A stretch of DNA of 63,326 bases, counting the filler, from Octopus bimaculoides (taxonomy: Eukaryota), in NCBI RefSeq assembly GCF_001194135.2. It is 7 parts of 6 records of this genome, joined end to end, with 100 filler letters (N's around TTAATTAATTAA, not from the genome) between each part and the next. Parts side by side here need not be neighbours in the genome. Positions count along the whole stretch, not along the records: positions 27,431 to 49,381 come from NC_068981.1; positions 49,482 to 53,562 come from NW_026327738.1; 5 more parts are not named here. One strand, given 5' to 3'. Below, piece after piece: positions 36,811 to 49,966 of the stretch. The notes beneath the pieces are model-generated. The model was not told where the DNA came from. It saw only the letters and a program-made list of their open reading frames with translations, and did no database searches. Position 1 is the first letter of the stretch. Each line of letters begins with the position of its first letter. A program made the position numbers and the translations under genes.

Positions 36811-37620
36811 CTTCATTCATCTTTATTTGTTGCAATCTTTCTTTCTCCTTTTTATTTCAATCTGACGGCTATCATTTAATGTTAACCCTAACCCCTCCCT
36901 AATCTTTCATCCCATTAAACAAAAGCCTGTGTTCTTTACAATCGTGTTTTCTTTACAGATTTCACATCAGAACCTTAAAAACAGTTGAAGTCAATTTACT
37001 GTTATTGCACACGTGTTTGAGATAACAACATTAAACTTATGTTCAATCATTTGCAAGACATAGCGCTCTTGCTAACACCCGATTCCACAACAATCTTCCC
37101 GATGCTTACACACACAAGTGTCTATAACAGTTGTGTGTGAGTGTGTCTGCGTATGGGTGTGTGCATGTGTTGTATTAATGCAAGACTAATTTTATGTAAA
37201 TATAATCCGTCATGCTACAGTTCTCTGGTTGGATATCAAACCTTGATTTGGGATTTGATAATACTAATAACGTAACGAGGTGACAAGGTTTTAATTTCAC
37301 GATCAAAAAGGATTTTAGTTCCAACAATAAACCTGATCGTTTCTAAAATCTTCATTCTTTCTCCACCTCTTCTAGGACACAGGAACTATATTTTAGATCG
37401 CAAGCACAAAAGAAGTGACCCACCTGATGAGTAGTAAATAGGTCTATCAACACCAGTAGTGTTGTTCAGGCTACAGCTTTGCCGTCGTGTATTAACACAC
37501 ATCAGCATCCATTTTTATTGTCTCGGCTATGAATGTTCTTTCATCAATATCTTCCTTTATTATTTACTCGTTTCAGTCGTGTGTGTGTGTGTGTGAGTGT
37601 GTGTGTGTGTGTGTAATTTT

Positions 37621-37979
37621 TTTTCTCTACTCTAGGCACGAGGCCCGAACTTTTGGAGGGGAGGGAGCCAGTCGATTAGATCGACCCCAGTACGCAACTG
37701 ATGCCTAATTTAACGACCCCGAAAGGACGAAAGGCAAAGTCGACCTCGACGGAATTTGCCTGTGTGTATAATGTATGTATTGTGTAGGCGACGAGCTGGC
37801 TGAAACGTTAGCGCGCCGGGCGAAATGCTTAGCGGTANNNNNNNNNNCCGCCGATGTCGAATTTGCCTTTCATCTTTTCGGGATCGATAAATTAAGTACC
37901 AGTTTCATACTGATGTCGATCTAATCGACTGGCCCCCTTCCCCAAAATTTCGAGCCTAGTGCCTAGAGTAGAAAAGAAT
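37621..37979. mobile_element. Two divergently oriented SINE family B copies (37621-37758 minus; 37787-37979 plus)
   Basis: The core and the ctagagtagaaaaga-type tail are present in both orientations. Confidence 0.8.
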
Positions 37980-37984
37980 GCATG

Positions 37985-38025
<41 letters not shown>

Positions 38026-40713
38026 TCTCTCTCTTTTCTCCACTCTCTCTCTCTCTCTCACACACATACACACACACGCACGCACGCGCGCACAGTATGG
38101 TCCCAAAATGCTCACACTCGTTGAATGATTCAGTGTTTTATTAAAACATATTTCATTTTCAAAATTAAATAGACTCTGCAGACAAAATTTCGTGCTTGGG
38201 GACATCGCCTTGAAGGGCTAAATCAAACAAATCGATCTCACCAGAAGTCTCGTACTTACTTTATCGATCCCTTTTGCCGAACTGCTGAATTACAGAGACC
38301 TAAAGAAACTAACACTGCTTGTCAAACGGTTGTGGTGAACAAACACAAAGATATGCAAAACTGTATACGATGGGCTTCCACACAGTTTCTACCTACTAGA
38401 TCTACTCACGAAGCATTAATTGACACGAAACTATAGGAAAATACACTTTCCCGAAGTTCCATACAGTGGGACCGAACTCGAAACCTCATGGTAGCAAAGC
38501 GAGCTTCTTATTTATGCAACTGTGCCTGTGAAGCTTTATTGCGACATATTTCTCCTGTCTCTCACAGATACTACCAAAGCAATAAATTCTCTTAGTACCA
38601 CACAATTGCAAGTCTTCTCAGCGACTTCAATCTCGTTTGAACGCTGATCTAGAGTTCTTTTACTGAGGGGTCGTTTCCTCGCAAAATGACGACGAATATT
38701 AAGGCCAATCCTACAAAATTTCATTCTGTAAATGCTATACAAGAACTAGCATTTCCCACCATTATCATGTGAATTTGTGACCCGGCTTTAAGCTGACGTT
38801 TTATCCGGTTTTTCCAATTACTGAAGCGGATGGAGATATTGCACAATCTATATTATAATAAGAACCATGTTTTTCTGTCCGTCAAACATTATCCTCAGAT
38901 CAAGATGTTATCAAGTATTTCTTTTTTTTTTTCTTTCTGAGAAAGCAAATACAAAATAGGGAATATATTAAATCTTTTCATTGAATTCGCATGTGCAATG
39001 TAAGGAAAAATAAGTGTTGTGTTTTATTTTTGATCAAAGTTTGTTTTTCTTCGCAGGCCACTGAAAAAATCGTGGCCATGAATATTTCACTCTCCAACAC
39101 AATAATAGATTGCGTGATGAGATGAAAAAATAAAGACGGAGAGAGGGGAGGAAGAAAGAGAAAGATAATAAAAATAGTGACGGATTTACCAAGATCTTCA
39201 TTGAATAAAAAAAAGTTATTTCTGCAGCAAACCTATTTCGATTTATTGAATGTAGTTCCTTGAAACTACTTATTTTTTGAATTGGGTAAATCACTCGGTC
39301 ACTAAAGCAGTCAATTCTACTGTTTGTAAAATAAATATCTCATTCTCCACTTAAACATTTGTTGATATATAATAATTGCAAGATTATAAAAAGTGAAAGT
39401 CATGAAAACGTTACTAATCATGAATAAAGATTAATTCACTGAAGTTTATCATTTACCACTTTGTTTATGTATAAGGTAGTTTGGCTTAGCTATTTCACTG
39501 ATATATTATGTTAATGATGAGGACAAAATTATTATAAAGCATTTCCTATTACACTCATTGTCTGCCACAAATAAAATATGCATACATACACATGTTCACA
39601 AATGTGAGAGATTCTATGAGGTTAATCGACCTGTTAGAAATAACAGCCAAGTCTCTGTCAAACCAAAAGACACATGATAATGGTGAAAATAGAACCTTGA
39701 TTAGGTGTGTAAATATTATACAATGTATATATACTGAGTTTGCACAATATGAAATAAAATATTTCACGGTTTTAGTTAGACAATATTAAATTACCATTCA
39801 TTAAGCCTTCGTTGAGAATAAAAACCAAAATTTCAAAAATTAAACCATGTAAAAATAGAAGTAAAGTTTAATAACTTTCTAATTCTTTCGATGACTCTTT
39901 GTATTTGAACTAAATACATTTTATATGAAAGATAGAATTTTAAATGGACGCGCACTTTAAATGTAAAATTTACCGTCTCGCCGTGAGTAAAGTGACGGGT
40001 ATCGTACTAGTAATACTCATAGGTCTGACGTTAATATGTTGAGTTATTACACTTCTGTCTTTTGCCAGACCACATTATGATTTATCTTCTCTTTAAACGA
40101 TCTGCTAAGATACAGTGAAGTTAACAATCCAACAGAAAATGACTGTCTGTCTCTCTTTCTCACGCACACACATACATGTACACACACGTGCGCGCACAAG
40201 CATACGCCCACATATATGCATGTGTATATATATATATATATATTCATTGAATGGTCATTCCCTTGCTATTCCGAGTCTTGCGTTTGTCTGCTAGACTGAG
40301 CAGGACCGAAGTATATCATGCCCTGGTTCCGAAAAAAATACAAGCTACACCATGTATTGAGTATACCCTATGAGTGGGTGCATGTGTACAAAATACTGGT
40401 GGTAGAGTGTGTATATTTTAGCAGAAGCTACAGTTACTTGTATCGCAACTCTGTGTTCATTGGGGCCGACTAATCAAATGTTATGTACGTTTGTGCGTGT
40501 GTACATACACACACACAGACATACACACACACAAATATACACACAGACACATAAACAAACAAACACACACACGCGCACACAAACACAAACACACACATAT
40601 ATATGTGTGTGTATATGAATACATATGCATATAAAGAAAGCATATATGTATATATGATATATGTGTGTGTGTATAACAGTGTGTGTATGTATATATACAT
40701 ACATATATATATA

Positions 40714-40889
40714 GATGCAGGGGTGGTTGTCGTAAGAAGCATGCTTCCCAACGACATGGTTCCGGGTTCAGTCTCACTGCGTGGCACCTTGGGCAAGTGT
40801 CTTCTATCATAGCCTCGGGTCGACCAAAGCCTTGTGAGTGGATTTGGTAGACGGAAACTGAAAGAAGCCCATCGTATATATATATGTAC

Positions 40890-40923
<34 letters not shown>

Positions 40924-41149
40924 ATGTATGTATATGTATGTATTTGTGTGTTTGTGTTTGTCCTCCCCACCATCGCTTGACAACCGATGTTGGTATGTTT
41001 ACGTCCCCGTAACACAGCGGTTCAGCAAAAGAGACCGAAAGAATAAGTGCTAGGCTCACAAAGAATAAGTCCCGGAGTCAATTTGTTCGACTAAAGGCAG
41101 TGCTCCAGCATGGCCGCAGTGAAATGACTGAAACAAGTATAAAAATTAA

Positions 41150-41152
<3 letters not shown>
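40714..41152 (+). mobile_element. Composite SINE family A, full length
   Basis: Colinear with 27513-27920, with a longer internal microsatellite. Confidence 0.88.
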
Positions 41153-41188
<36 letters not shown>

Positions 41189-41283
41189 CACGTGCACACA
41201 TATTCGGCTATGTAACGACACAAGTGCTTTTTTCCCAGACTATCTACTCCTTCCTTCCTTTTCTCCTCTCTGGACTTTTACCC

Positions 41284-41315
41284 CTTTCCGATGAAGAGCC
41301 CATGCTCGAAACATC
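41284..41315 (+). ncRNA. Minimal hammerhead-like motif (family H2)
   Basis: cttt-CCGATGA-a-gagc-ccat-gctc-GAAAC-ATC; the 3' strand of stem I is lost. Confidence 0.5.
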
Positions 41316-43100
41316 ATTTTTACTATTTTTCCATCTAAAACTTTCACTGAGCGTCAATCTAAGATGTTTACTGTGTACGTCTAATTGACTTCTGTTGTTT
41401 TATTTTTCTGTTTATTACTTTTTTAGTTTTTGATTATTTAGTTATAAATAGTTATGCGTACTGTATACATTATATTATACCTATTCAATATTACATTAAC
41501 ATGATATGTATTTTACATTATANNNNNNNNNNNNNNNNNNNNNNNNNNNNNNNNNNNNNNNNNNNNNNNNNNNNNNNNNNNNNNNNNNNNNNNNNNNNNN
41601 NNNNNNNNNNNNNNNNNNNNNNNNNNNTATATATATATATATTACTATATTCAACAGACTTCATGCGAATAGAATAGTGAATGAACACACGTGAGCGCAC
41701 GCACACACATCCTCACGTACACAAAGCCACGTACGCCCACACGCATGCACACCAACACTGTCAGAGTAAGAACATTGATAGTGCTGACAAAACATCCACT
41801 TGTAATAACAGGAACACTTCTCGAAAATTAGCGAATGTAATTTACAAGACATTTACCCAACGTCTAGACATAACCTAGATTGCTGAAAATTGCACTAGGT
41901 TTTGAAGTGGACACATTACTCTGCACTTGTGACGTGTGTTCGCTTACATAGACTACACAGCATAACTATGATGCCAAACTAGACATTTGTTGACACCGTA
42001 ATCCTACAGAACGTTACCGTTAAGAATTATGAATGTAAAAAGCTATGATTAATTAATTTATTGGTACTCCCCACCATTCCTGGACAAATAAGAACTTGCC
42101 AAAGTTAGTGATATAACAAATCTTATTACCAAATGTAGCCAATGGCAAACAGCACAGCTAATATATATGTATTTACATTAAAGCTCCTTTATAATTCAGT
42201 AATCCCTGAATATGAAGTATGAGATATTCGAAGCGTTTGAAATTTTACTAGATTTTTTTTCTTTTCTTTTTCGGATTTGTCTGACATTTTTAATTGGGTG
42301 TTAGTATCAATAACTATTTACATGGTTTTAGGGAGGTGGAGCGTCGGGCAAAAAGTTTTGTGGTATTTACTTATGGACTTTGTGTTCGGAGTTCAAATAT
42401 CGCTGACGTCGTCGTTGTACTTCCGCCTTCGAAGGCCGATGGAAATAAATACCAGTCATCTACCTGACGGCGATTTTTAAATCGATTCAAACTTCCCCGC
42501 CATAATATCTTCTACCTTTTGTTCGTTTCAGTCATTAGACAGCGGCCATACTGGGGCACCACCCTAAAGAATTTTTGTCGAAAGAATTTTAGTCGAAAGA
42601 ATCTACCCCAGTACTTATTATATATTTTAACAGTTTCATTTGCCGAGCCGCTAAGTTATGAGGACGTAAACACGCCAAGCGGTGGTGGGAGCCAAACACA
42701 GACACAAAGTCATACACGCATCTATCTATCTATCTATATATATATATATATATATATGCACACGACGGGCTTCTTTCAGGTTCCTTCAACTAAATTCACT
42801 CGTAAGGCTTTGGTCGGCCCGAGGCTAAAGTAGAAGATACTTGCCCAAGGTGCCGCGGCAAAGAAGACCGATAGAACAAGTATCAGGCTTAATAAAGAAA
42901 ATAAATAGTATGACCGAATCATTCAATTAAAACTCCTCAAGGCAGTGCTCCAGCATGGCCGCAGTCTAATGACTAAAACAATTAAAGAAAATATAAAAAG
43001 AAAGACCCATGTCTACATGCATGCGCTTGCATAATGTTTGTATTGATAGATAAACACCTGTTAAATTCAGTAACCTGCCTCAGTTTATAAATGACACATA

Positions 43101-43403
43101 TTTATGTGTCAATCATATATTCATGTGTCAATCTTATATTTATGTGTCAATCATATATTGGCATGTCAATCTTATTTTAATGTGTCAGTGTTATATTTGT
43201 GTGTCAATCTTACATTTATACGTCAATCATATATTCATGTGTCAATCTTATATTTATGTGTCAATCATATATTCATGTGTCAATCTTATATTTGTGTGTC
43301 AATCATATATTTATGTGTCAGATATTTATGTGTCAAATATTTATGTCAAATCTTATATTTGTGCGCCAATCTTATGTTTATGTGTCAATCATATACCTAT
43401 GTG
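43101..43403. repeat. 19-bp minisatellite (tgtgtcaatc[a/t]tatatt[c/t]a), about 16 units
   Basis: Direct reading; alternating variants give a partial 38-bp higher-order period. Confidence 0.9.
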
Positions 43404-43761
43404 AGTGATGCGTTCAGATATGAAACATCTTTACTTGTACCTATAAGCAAGAAGGCATAATTCTCTTTTGGGATGACTTCAGATCTTCCTGGTCAGAGTC
43501 CATTTTGATAAAATTCAATGGCTACTCATATACTGTATTTTGAAAAGGAAATTTACCTTTCATCTTTTTTATATCTAATTTATAACTAAAAGAATCGAAA
43601 TTAGGTACCATTCACAGGCATCCTAGGCATTCGCAAAAACAATAAACTTTTCGACTTCCGAGCCTTTCATTCCATCCCTGTTGATGGAATAAGTTACATG
43701 TTTTGTGCTGTAGTCTTTGATGCGAATTCGTTGAAAATGATTGAGTTTTTAAAATATGTTT

Positions 43762-44062
43762 TCATTTGTTTCAGTCATTAGACTGTGGCCATGCTGGGGC
43801 ACCGCCTTGAAGAATTTTTTTAGTCATACAAATCGACCCTAGTACTTACTTTTTAAAGCCTGCTGCTTATTCTGTCGGTGTCTTTTGCCGAACCTCTAAG
43901 TTACGGGGTTATAAGCACACCAACACCGGTTGTCAAGCAGTACTGAGAGGATAACACACACACACGCACACGCACGCACACACGCACATACACACACACT
44001 CTCCCTCTCTCTCTCACACACACACACACACGCACATACACACACACACACACATACACACA

Positions 44063-44135
<73 letters not shown>

Positions 44136-44298
44136 ATACACGACTGGTTTCATTCAGTTTCTGCCTACCAAATCAACTCACAAGGCTCTAGTTGGCCCGA
44201 GGCTATAGTAGAAGACACTTGCCCAAGGAGCCACAAAGTGAGACTGAACCCAGAACCAAGTGGCTGCGAATCAAACTTCTTACCACACAGCCACAATG
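43762..44298 (-). mobile_element. Composite SINE family A with expanded internal (CA)/(CT) tract
   Basis: The 3' half at 43762-43935 and the head at 44140-44298 are separated by a microsatellite. Confidence 0.82.
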
Positions 44299-44700
44299 AT
44301 CTTTATTGTCTATTTAGGCTTGGCATCGTATAACTGACTCTCATCTGTAATATTCAGGCAAATAATTGGTTTGTAAGATTAATGAATCTACGTGTTTACA
44401 TTCGCATACACACCTGCGGCACATTTACAAAAAGTACAGGTAAAATGTGTTTAGATGTGTTTGGGGCATAGTAAAATCTGATGAAATTAGTGATAGACGA
44501 TGTCAAAAAGTTCATAAAATGAAATTAATTAGTTTGCGTGGAGATGAAACGAAATGAAGCGTTTCGGAAGGAGCTTTTCAACTCCGCCATTTAGGTTTCT
44601 CTTTTACAGCAAAATACTCTGTTTCTCTCCGTGAACTTCTTTGTTCATACTTTCAAGAAAGATGACAACTGCCTCTAAAGAAATTAGAAATATAAAAGAA

Positions 44701-44897
44701 ACTCCAAGATTCCGAGTTCAATTCCAGATAGTGACCTGAATAATAATAATAATAATATCGAATAATACCTTGGGAATGAGAACCCAGGTTCGAAATTTCC
44801 CCAAGACACCTGCTGAAGACTGGAGGGTATATCAGCCGAAACGTTGTGTTAACAACAAACAAGATGAGGACAAATATCTGTCAAATGTAAATAATGC
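44701..44897 (+). mobile_element. Single, 5'-truncated arm of the tRNA+hammerhead element
   Basis: B-box gagttcaattcc, (AAT)n, then gacac-CTGCTGA-a-gactg...cagcc-GAAAC-GTT-gtgtt (44805-44850) and an aaatgtaaataatg tail. Confidence 0.85.
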
Positions 44898-45603
44898 TCA
44901 AATGAAACGTTAAGGAATAATAAAAACATTGGATAAACTCTTAACGATGATACCGGACCAGCTAACCATTTAAGGATACACTCAAGGAAAATCAGCGGCT
45001 ACAAACGCAATCATAGACCAACTTCCCGCCTTAAAGTAACAACAAAACTGATAGAAAATACATTAAGGCAGTGCTCCAGCATGGTCGCAGTCTTATAATT
45101 GAAACCGTTCAAAGAATAAAAGAATAAAGTGAGGGTGTTTCTGAATGTCATCGAAAGAGGAGCTAAGGGAAGATCTTCGCGGTTTGTGAGGTAACCTGCA
45201 ACAGCATATAGTGAAGAGTCGCTCAAGAGCTGCTAAAACGACATGGGAATCTTCTCACCTCAGTCAACACCGAAGATGCTAATGAGGTATTTCGGAGGTA
45301 CGCGGTTGCAGTGATCAGAGCAGAGGGTGATTCAAGTCAGAGGATGCCCTAATCCTACTTACGTAGCCGTGGCTTCTTTCCCTTTCCCTTACACTCTTAT
45401 GTGTATGTGTGGTAAATTTTTAACCTATTCTAAGTACTTTGTTGCTATTTCCAACCCTACATTTATATATACACACATATATACCCCACCACACACACAC
45501 GATTCGGTATTCCTTTTGTAACGCACGTTATCGCATTTACGAGCACATGTGATCAATGAAAGAAAATAATAATAATAATGATAGTAGTAGTAGTAGTAGT
45601 AGA

Positions 45604-45775
45604 AGTAATCCTTTCTACTGGAAGCACAGGGCCTCAAATTTGGGGGAAGAGATTAAGTCGATTACAGTGATCCCTGTGTTTCATTGGTACTTAATTTATC
45701 GACCTCGAAAAGATGAAAAGTAAAGTTGGCCTCGGCGGAATTTTAACTAAGCATTCCGTCCAGCTTGCCTCCAAT
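45604..45775 (-). mobile_element. SINE family B copy, degenerate
   Basis: ggtacttaatttatcgacc...gaaagatgaaaagtaaagttggcctcggcggaatt matches the reverse core. Confidence 0.7.
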
Positions 45776-46404
45776 AATAATAATAATAATAATAATAATA
45801 GAAAACAAAAAACTAAATACAGTACCAGTTAGAGTTCGCACACTCCCAACAGCAGAAAAAACATACAATGCTGCACACACCCCAGCAACACTGATAATAA
45901 TGATGATAATTCTTGTAATAGTAATATCATTCTTATTATTTGTAGTAGAAGTTATATTTTATTGCCATTTTCTTGGCAGAAATGAAGACGAAGTTATTTT
46001 ACAATCGGTTGAAGCGAAGTTATCTCGGTTGTACGTTTGAATCAGAAGCTGTCTTTAGGCTTACAACTCTTAATCAAACAACTTAATTAATAAATTACTG
46101 TTACTAATGCATCTTAGGAGTTATGTAAACAGATACCTAATTAATTTATGGAGGTGTTGTTCTGAATTACTTCAATGTGAATTTGACTAAAGCAAGCTGA
46201 GTAGCGAAAGAACATAGTGGCAATGAGTTCTGTTTTAATAAAGAGAGGACTAGAAATGATTGACTTAAGTTTATCATGACAATAAGGGGCAACTCTAAAC
46301 GCCATATTGGTTATCTTGCTGAAGACAAAAGTCGAGCGAACCACCAGTCTAGTCAAGGAAATAATGTGGACCAGCAATTTACAACAACCGTATAAGCTAT
46401 ATAG

Positions 46405-46825
46405 AGATTAGCTGTTGACACCTACCATATATGGTATATAGAGAACAGCTGTTGACAGCAGTCATATAAGGCATATGGACGTCAGCTATCAACAGTTGCC
46501 ATACACGGTGGCCAGCTGTTGACGGCTACCATGTGCTGTATATGAAGGCCATCTGTTTCCGGTTTTTATATAAGACACAGGGTGACCAATTGCTACCAGG
46601 CAACATGTAAAATCTATAAACAGCAGCTGGTAACATAGTGGGACCACCTGTTAGCATCAACCATATAAGAACTCGGGAGGAAAGTTCCCTAGGTCCATTA
46701 TATAAGACCATTATGTAAGACTTATGGAGACCAGCTGCTAATTGGTACTATATACAGGCTTTGGAAATCGGCTGCTAATAGCCATTCTGTAATTGCATGT
46801 AGATCAGTTGCTAACGGCTATCAAT
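46405..46825. repeat. Degenerate array of about 11 CAGCTGTTGACAGCTACCATATA-like motifs with variable spacers
   Basis: Motif variants were counted by eye, mostly at ~30-45-nt spacing. Confidence 0.7.
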
Positions 46826-47673
46826 CAGTCATATCAAAATCAATCACCATAGCAACTGCAGAATGTGACGATCGGGCGCAGTTGTTTGGTCGCAACAGTA
46901 ATTTTTTTGCACAAGAAGCAAACGCACGCACATGCAAACATACACACACGCACGCACATACATTCACACACACAGTCCGATGAAGGTTTGTAAGACGATG
47001 CTTCGAAGTCACTGTCACCTCTTTTGTAAAAGTTTAATAAACATGTACTCAGAAATAGAGTAATTCTTCAGTTTAACGCTAAATTCTTTTTGCATAAAAC
47101 TTGACTTACAAAGCCACATACATACATACATACACGCACACATACATGCATACATACACAATTACATACACACATACATGCATACATACATACACATATA
47201 CATACATACACACATATACATAAATATACACACATCTATCTATGTAGTATGTGTGTGTGTGTGTGTGTGTTTAAATATATATTTATAAAAACATTCAAAC
47301 ACTAAGGTTTGAAACAAGATGTCATTATTGTTAATATCATCTGTGGATAAAATTTAAAATTGATATCAACAGTAGTAACATAGGTGGTTCGCAGGCAAAA
47401 AGCATCATTTAGCTATAAATCAACACGAAACGTAAGGATGCAGAAAAGCATCAACCTGCTAGAAATAAGAGCTAAAGTTTTAATTAAAACACCGTACAGC
47501 ACCAAGATAAGACAGAAATAACGGTAGGTGAGGAAACGGAAAGAATTAATACATTCAAAAAGCACAACAAAAAAATATTATGCAGTTTAGGACATCCACA
47601 TACACAGATTTCGGCATTATGTATATATATATATCGCTAGCCACTACACATTCTTTATTTTCTCTCCTTGTTC

Positions 47674-47709
47674 CTTTCTGTGGAAGAGCGTAGGCTCCAA
47701 ACGTTAAAG
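47674..47709 (+). ncRNA. Minimal hammerhead-like motif with variant core (family H2)
   Basis: cttt-CTGTGGA-a-gagc-gtag-gctc-CAAAC-GTT-aaag. Stems I and II pair, and G12 is mutated. Confidence 0.5.
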
Positions 47710-48301
47710 ACTTTTTCACTTCCCGAGCGTTAAACTAATATATCTGTTTGTCTACACCACCTGTCTTCGTTTTCTTTTTGTGAATTCTCCCACAGAGGGG
47801 ACGGACAAACGGACTAAGTCGATTATATCGACCCCAGTGCGTAACTGGTACTTAGTTAATCNNNNNNNNNNNNNNNNNNNNNNNNNNNNNNNNNNNNNNN
47901 NNNNNNNNNNNNNNNNNNNNNNNNNNNNNNNNNNNNNNNNNNNNNNNNNNNNNNNNNNNNNNNNNNNNNNNNNNNNNNNNNNNNNNNNNNNNNNNNNNNN
48001 NNNNNNNNNNNNNNNNNNNNNNNNNNNNNNNNNNNNNNNNNNNNNNNNNNNNNNNNNNNNNNNNNNNNNNNNNNNNNNNNNNNNNNNNNNNNNNNNNNNN
48101 NNNNNNNNNNNNNNNNNNNNNNNNNNNNNNNNNNNNNNNNNNNNNNNNNNNNNNNNNNNNNNNNNNNNNNNNNNNNNNNNNNNNNNNNNNNNNNNNNNNN
48201 NNNNNNNNNNNNNNNNNNNNNNNNNNNNNNNNNNNNNNNNNNNNNNNNNNNNNNNNNNNNNNNNNNNNNNNNNNNNNNNNNNNNNNNNNNNNNNNNNNNN
48301 N

Positions 48302-48362
<61 letters not shown>

Positions 48363-49341
48363 ACGTGCGTGCGTGTGTGTATTCGAGAGTATGTTGGTGT
48401 ATCCGTGTGCGCATCTTTTGTTATGTATGCTTCTTGCTTCTTTCACGTTATAATACCATTTTTGTTCTTCAGGTTTGTAATATCAACTCACTGTATCACC
48501 TTTATCACCCTGGACCATATTATCTCTGTCTGTCTCTCTCTCTCCCTTTCACCACCACTCTCTGTATTTCCTTATTTATATCCCCCTCCCCCAGCCTCTT
48601 TTTTTGTCCCCCTCTCAGTGTTACTTTCTGCCTGGGAGCAGACTCTCGCGTCAAGATGATTAATAACGACACTTCATTTTAAAGTAGGCGAGAAAGGGAG
48701 ATGTGGGGATAGTGTGACGTTATAACGATGAAAGAGAGCTAAACTAAAGGCAACAGACGGGCATGTACAGAAGTATCAAACAATCAAACAAATAGACCAA
48801 TCAAACAAAGAAACGATCAAACAAATCATTGCTTAATTGGGAAGAGGAGAAAGGAACAAAGTGGAAGGAGAAACGGGAGAAGGAAAACGAGTAACAAGCA
48901 TGAAATAAGGCCTGTGAATAGAAAACAATGAGAACGGAGAGGTTAAAGTGTAGGTCAAAAATGAAATAGTGCACCATGAGAAAAATAACAGAGAGTAGAA
49001 ATAATTGAAGGAGAGCGAGGGAGGTGTTGTAAGGAGGCGGAAGAAAATAAGAAAAAAAACAGAAATAGGGCCGAGAGAAATAGGCAGACTTGGATTAAAA
49101 GATATAAGAAAAAGAATGAAACAAAGAAATGATACAATAACAGTAACAACTGCAACAACAAGAACAACAACAACAACAGTTATGATGTCTACAAGGTTTA
49201 CAACTATAATTAAGGGTGTTCTCTGAAATTAGCGAAACGGATCAAATATTTCGCTATACTGTTGAACGAAACTAAGTTTGTTGCCGCTTTAACTTTTCAA
49301 GGGTTGGTCGACCGCAGAATCTTTCTTGGCTATTCTGTTGT

Positions 49342-49381
<40 letters not shown>

Positions 49382-49966
49382 NNNNNNNNNNNNNNNNNNN
49401 NNNNNNNNNNNNNNNNNNNNNNNNNTTAATTAATTAANNNNNNNNNNNNNNNNNNNNNNNNNNNNNNNNNNNNNNNNNNNNATATATATATATATATATA
49501 CATACATACATACATACATAATCCATGTATGTATGTGGGTGATTATATATTAATTACTTAATAAGTGTTCATAAATAATTAACAATTAGAAACACAAACA
49601 CAATTAATGCCGAAGTGATAAAAAAAACAATAAACTCAATACTGAAAATTGCGTCTGGATATACATCTAATATTAAATAGGAATTCTCCTTCAAAGTCCA
49701 TGTTCAATGGATTTTTCACACTTTCAAGTAATAGCTGTATCCAATATTGTATAATTACATAGACATCTATAACTCTTATTTGTTCGAGTCACTGGACTAT
49801 GGCCATGCTAGGGCACCACTTCGAAAGGTATCATTAATGAAATCGCACACTTGTATCTATTGACATCATTAGCAGCATTTTGTCTGCCTCTATGTTCTGA
49901 GTTCAAATTCTGTTGTGTCTTTAATGAAATACTGTTCACTCCAAACATGCAGTGCTTTTTAAAGGT

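Noticed and set aside
46405-46825. CRISPR array
   Set aside because: Repeats are highly divergent, spacing is irregular, the context is eukaryotic and there are no cas genes.
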